DNA from: Candidatus Woesearchaeota archaeon
Lineage (GTDB): Archaea > Nanobdellota > Nanobdellia > Woesearchaeales > GW2011-AR4
Length of the DNA stretch: 46,088 nucleotides
Assembly: GCA_002686855.1 (NCBI GenBank)
Contig: NYYQ01000007.1
Location: 1-46,088 of the forward strand
Direction of reading: 5' to 3'
Positions 43,272 through 46,088 of this stretch are shown piece by piece. The notes beneath the pieces were generated by a model. The model did no database searches. It was not told where the DNA came from and saw only the letters and a program-made list of their open reading frames with translations. Each line of letters starts with the position of its first letter. Position 1 is the stretch's first letter. A program made the position numbers and the translations under genes.

Positions 43272-44342
43272 ATGGATTTTATAGTAAAAGAAGCGGTAAA
43301 AAATACTCAACAAGTAGATTATGGCAATGTGGTAGGACAGGCAAATATAAAGGTATTTGGAGTTGGCGGCGGAGGAAGCAATATGGTTTCCTGGCTGTAT
43401 AAAAAAGGCATTAAAGGCGCTGAAATTATATCGGCTAATACTGATCAACAGCATTTAGATATAACAAATTCTGACAAAAAGATTTTGATAGGAAAAGATC
43501 TAACCCGTGGTTTAGGCTGTGGAGGATTTCCAAATAAAGGGGCAGAAGCAGCGCAAGAAAGCATCCAGGAAATTAAAGAATCACTAAAAGGAACTGATAT
43601 GATTTTTGTTTGCGCAGGCATGGGCGGAGGAACAGGAACAGGAGCAGCTCCAGTAATTGCGCAAGTTGCAAAAGAGCTAGGTTGCATAGTTATTGGAACA
43701 GTAACAATGCCTTTTAATATTGAACGTACTAGAATTGATAAAGCAGAATTTGGATTGCAGCAATTAAGACAGGTTTCTGATACTGTTATTGTAATAGATA
43801 ATAACCGCTTAGTTAATATTGCAGGAAACTTACCAGTGCAACAGGCATTTGCAGTTGCTAATGAACTAATCTCAACAATGATAAGAGGCATTGTAGAGAC
43901 AATTGCAGTTCCAAGCTTAGTTAATCTGGATTATGCAGACGTTAAAGCAATAATGACTAATGGCGGTGTAGCAGCTATTGGTGTTGGCGCATCAGATACT
44001 ACCAATCGGGTGGATGAGGCTGTTAAAGGAGCCTTAAGCAACCCTTTATTGGAGATAAGCTACAAAGGCGCAACAGGAGCTTTAATTCATATAGAAGGTG
44101 GTCCGGATATGACTCTTGATGAGGTAAGCAAAGCAGGTGAGCTAGTAACAGAAACCCTTGATGCTGATGCTAATGTCATCTGGGGAGCTCGTGTTAGCGA
44201 TGAAATGAAAGGAAAACTAACAATAATGACAATCATAACTGGAGTTAAGAGTCCATGGATTATTGGTAAAGTAGATCAAAAAACCAAGGCAGCAGAAACT
44301 GTGCATATGAGCAATGAACTCGGAATTGATTTCGCGAATTAA
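43272..44342 (+). CDS. ftsZ: cell division protein FtsZ
   Basis: GVGGGGSNMV and GMGGGTGTGAAPVIA tubulin signature. Confidence 0.9.
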   Translation: MDFIVKEAVKNTQQVDYGNVVGQANIKVFGVGGGGSNMVSWLYKKGIKGAEIISANTDQQHLDITNSDKKILIGKDLTRGLGCGGFPNKGAEAAQESIQEIKESLKGTDMIFVCAGMGGGTGTGAAPVIAQVAKELGCIVIGTVTMPFNIERTRIDKAEFGLQQLRQVSDTVIVIDNNRLVNIAGNLPVQQAFAVANELISTMIRGIVETIAVPSLVNLDYADVKAIMTNGGVAAIGVGASDTTNRVDEAVKGALSNPLLEISYKGATGALIHIEGGPDMTLDEVSKAGELVTETLDADANVIWGARVSDEMKGKLTIMTIITGVKSPWIIGKVDQKTKAAETVHMSNELGIDFAN

Positions 44343-44486
44343 TTTTTTTTATCTGAATTATTTTAGAATTAGTTTTTACTATCTTTTTTTATATTCTTTT
44401 TTCTTTGTTGTGGTCACACTCTTGGATAGGTTATCAATTGTTAAATAAAGAAAAGCTTTAAATTACAATTTAATATCTATAGTACT

Positions 44487-45797
44487 ATGACCAAAATATA
44501 CCTCCAGACCCATGGCTGCTCTGCAAACTTTTCAGAATCAGAAGTAATGACAGGCATATTAAAAAAATCAGGTTTCGAGATAGTTCATAGTCCGGAAAAT
44601 TCAGATACCAATATTATCAATATCTGCACTGTAAAAGGGAATGCAGTGTCATTAAAGGAAATAAAGAATTTTACCGAGCAATATCCGGATAAAAAATTAA
44701 TCATTGCAGGATGCATTACAAAAGGCATAATAAACAAAATAAGGGAAATAAACCAGGAAGCTAGTTTAATCAACACCCATAACATAAACAAAATTGTTGA
44801 AGCAGTTGAAGAAACTTTACAGGGAAATGTTCTTGAGGCAATGACATATGAGAGACTCAATAAAATAGAGCTTCCTAAGGTATCATCTAAAAAAGTAATT
44901 GATATTGTGCCAATAGCATCTGGATGCGCAGACCACTGCGCTTATTGTTCTGTCAAATTAATCAAAGGACATATCTTTTCTTATCCAGAAGAATCTATAA
45001 TCAACAGAATAAAATACAGTGTAGACAAAGGCTATAAGGAAATTTGGCTGACCAGTCAAGATAATGGCGCTTATGGTCTTGATGCAGAAAAAAGAAAACT
45101 ACCAGATTTATTAAATCAAATCCTGGATAAAGTACCGGGAAGCTATAAGATAAGGCTGGGTATGATTAATCCAAGGCACGTCATGAGCATGATAGATGAC
45201 CTTTTGCAGATTTACCAGGACGATAGGATCTTTAAATTCCTGCATATTCCAATCGAATCTGGCAACAACGAAATTCTTGGAAAGATGAACAGAAAATACA
45301 ATGTTCATAATTTTAGGGATATGGTTGAGAAGTTTAGGACATATGTAAAAGGCATAACCATAGCAACTGACATCATAGTTGGATTTCCCACAGAAACAGA
45401 ATTGCAATTTCAGGACTCTTTGCATTTAATCCAGGATGTAAAGCCAGACATCATTAACATTGCAAGGTATTCTGCAAGGCCAAGAACCCCAGCAGCAAGA
45501 ATGAAACAGATACCATCAAATATAAAAAAGGAAAGAAGCAAAGCCATGACAGAACTGCACCAAAGAATTTCCCTCTTGCAAAACAGGAAATGGGTAGGAT
45601 GGCGTGGAAAAATTATAATAGATGAAAAAGGAAAAGACAACACTTGGGTAGGAAGGAATTTTGCATACAAGCCAGTAATACTCCAAGGAAACTTTAATCC
45701 TGGAGATGTAGTTGATGTCAAGATAGTCTATGTAGGTGTTTATGACTTAAAGGGAAAGGTTTTGGAAGAAGAAATAAATCAAATTGAAAAACAATAA
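44487..45797 (+). CDS. MiaB/MtaB-family radical-SAM tRNA methylthiotransferase
   Basis: UPF0004 N-domain (YLQTHGCSANFSESE), CADHCAYC radical-SAM cluster, C-terminal TRAM-like region; TATA GCTTTAAAT about 25 nt before ATG. Confidence 0.85.
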   Translation: MTKIYLQTHGCSANFSESEVMTGILKKSGFEIVHSPENSDTNIINICTVKGNAVSLKEIKNFTEQYPDKKLIIAGCITKGIINKIREINQEASLINTHNINKIVEAVEETLQGNVLEAMTYERLNKIELPKVSSKKVIDIVPIASGCADHCAYCSVKLIKGHIFSYPEESIINRIKYSVDKGYKEIWLTSQDNGAYGLDAEKRKLPDLLNQILDKVPGSYKIRLGMINPRHVMSMIDDLLQIYQDDRIFKFLHIPIESGNNEILGKMNRKYNVHNFRDMVEKFRTYVKGITIATDIIVGFPTETELQFQDSLHLIQDVKPDIINIARYSARPRTPAARMKQIPSNIKKERSKAMTELHQRISLLQNRKWVGWRGKIIIDEKGKDNTWVGRNFAYKPVILQGNFNPGDVVDVKIVYVGVYDLKGKVLEEEINQIEKQ

Positions 45798-45939
45798 AAA
45801 TTTAATGAAAAAGATAACACTGATAAAAATAAATGCCAATAATTAATAAAAAACATCAATAACTGAAAAAACAAAGCCAATTAAAAAACAATTCAATTTA
45901 AAAATCAAAAAATTATATTCAATAAAAACCTTGAAACAA

Positions 45940-46052
45940 CAAAATTCCACTTATCGTGATAAGTGGTCTGAAAGTAAACGTACGATGCGCATGGAATTTT
46001 GTGTGCTCAAAAACCATCCATAATAAGTGGAATTTTGAGCGTCAAAAACCAC
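45940..46052. repeat. cluster of three related hairpins plus a 15-bp long-range inverted repeat (candidate structured RNA or palindromic element; window ends at 46088)
   Basis: ccacttatcgtgataagtgg (45947-66); atggaatttt..caaaaaccat (45991-46017); gtggaattttga..tcaaaaaccac (46027-52); caaaattccacttat (45940-54) is the rc of ataagtggaattttg (46023-37). Confidence 0.35.
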
Positions 46053-46088
46053 TTAATGTGAGGCTAATGAAATCATGCCACCCATCTC

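Noticed and set aside
43134-43891. Minus-strand ORFs (106 and 148 aa) overlapping the ftsZ leader and ftsZ
   Set aside because: Antisense to a highly conserved gene and to the tandem leader repeat; no motif.
45991-46052. CRISPR array hypothesis for the repeated hairpins
   Set aside because: Only two or three imperfect copies with about 10-nt spacing, no regular spacers, and no cas genes in the window.
1-46088. tRNA, rRNA, RNase P or SRP RNA genes
   Set aside because: I scanned the longer and more G+C-rich spacers by eye (2003-2208, 6792-7278, 23727-24049, 26954-27154, 37471-37884, 43007-43271, 45798-46088). I found no cloverleaf or conserved rRNA blocks. A tRNAscan/Infernal run is needed to be sure.

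Overview
AT-rich archaeal window. Archaeal identity rests on r-proteins eS19, eL39, eL31 and eS17, RpoK, Cbf5, FtsZ, GGAGGTGA-type Shine-Dalgarno sites and TATA boxes placed for leaderless mRNAs. Small-genome DPANN-like lineage is only my inference. The backbone is a dispersed purine-biosynthesis set (purM, purB, purC, purE, purS, purQ, purL, purF) plus thiC, folC, metK, coaD/coaE, an Lhr helicase, an r-protein operon, cbf5, ftsZ and a MiaB/MtaB-like methylthiotransferase. I recognised no rRNA, tRNA or CRISPR array by eye. Most notable observations: (1) cbf5 is split inside the catalytic GTLDP codon by 16 nt that fold into a bulge-helix-bulge motif, and canonical cleavage restores frame and motif exactly. 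(2) A winged-helix (wHTH) domain is fused to PurM. A paralogous wHTH ORF upstream of purB runs in-frame into PurB after a -1 shift at an A7 run, and folC is broken at a near-identical A7 run. (3) Coding remnants of the 3' ends of purB (two copies) and metK lie downstream of the intact genes. They bracket cargo: wHTH-MNT/HEPN, a tandem-Lrp regulator plus membrane ORFan, and a ~970-aa ORFan. This looks like integration or gene-replacement scars without a visible integrase. (4) Several ORFans are visibly more G+C-rich than their surroundings. MetK, CoaD and CoaE are bacterial-type. A free-standing LAGLIDADG-like gene, K/E-rich r-protein tails, an AT-rich repeat family also found in-frame inside genes, and several structured or repeated intergenic elements are also present. 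All calls are from manual motif recognition; no searches were run.
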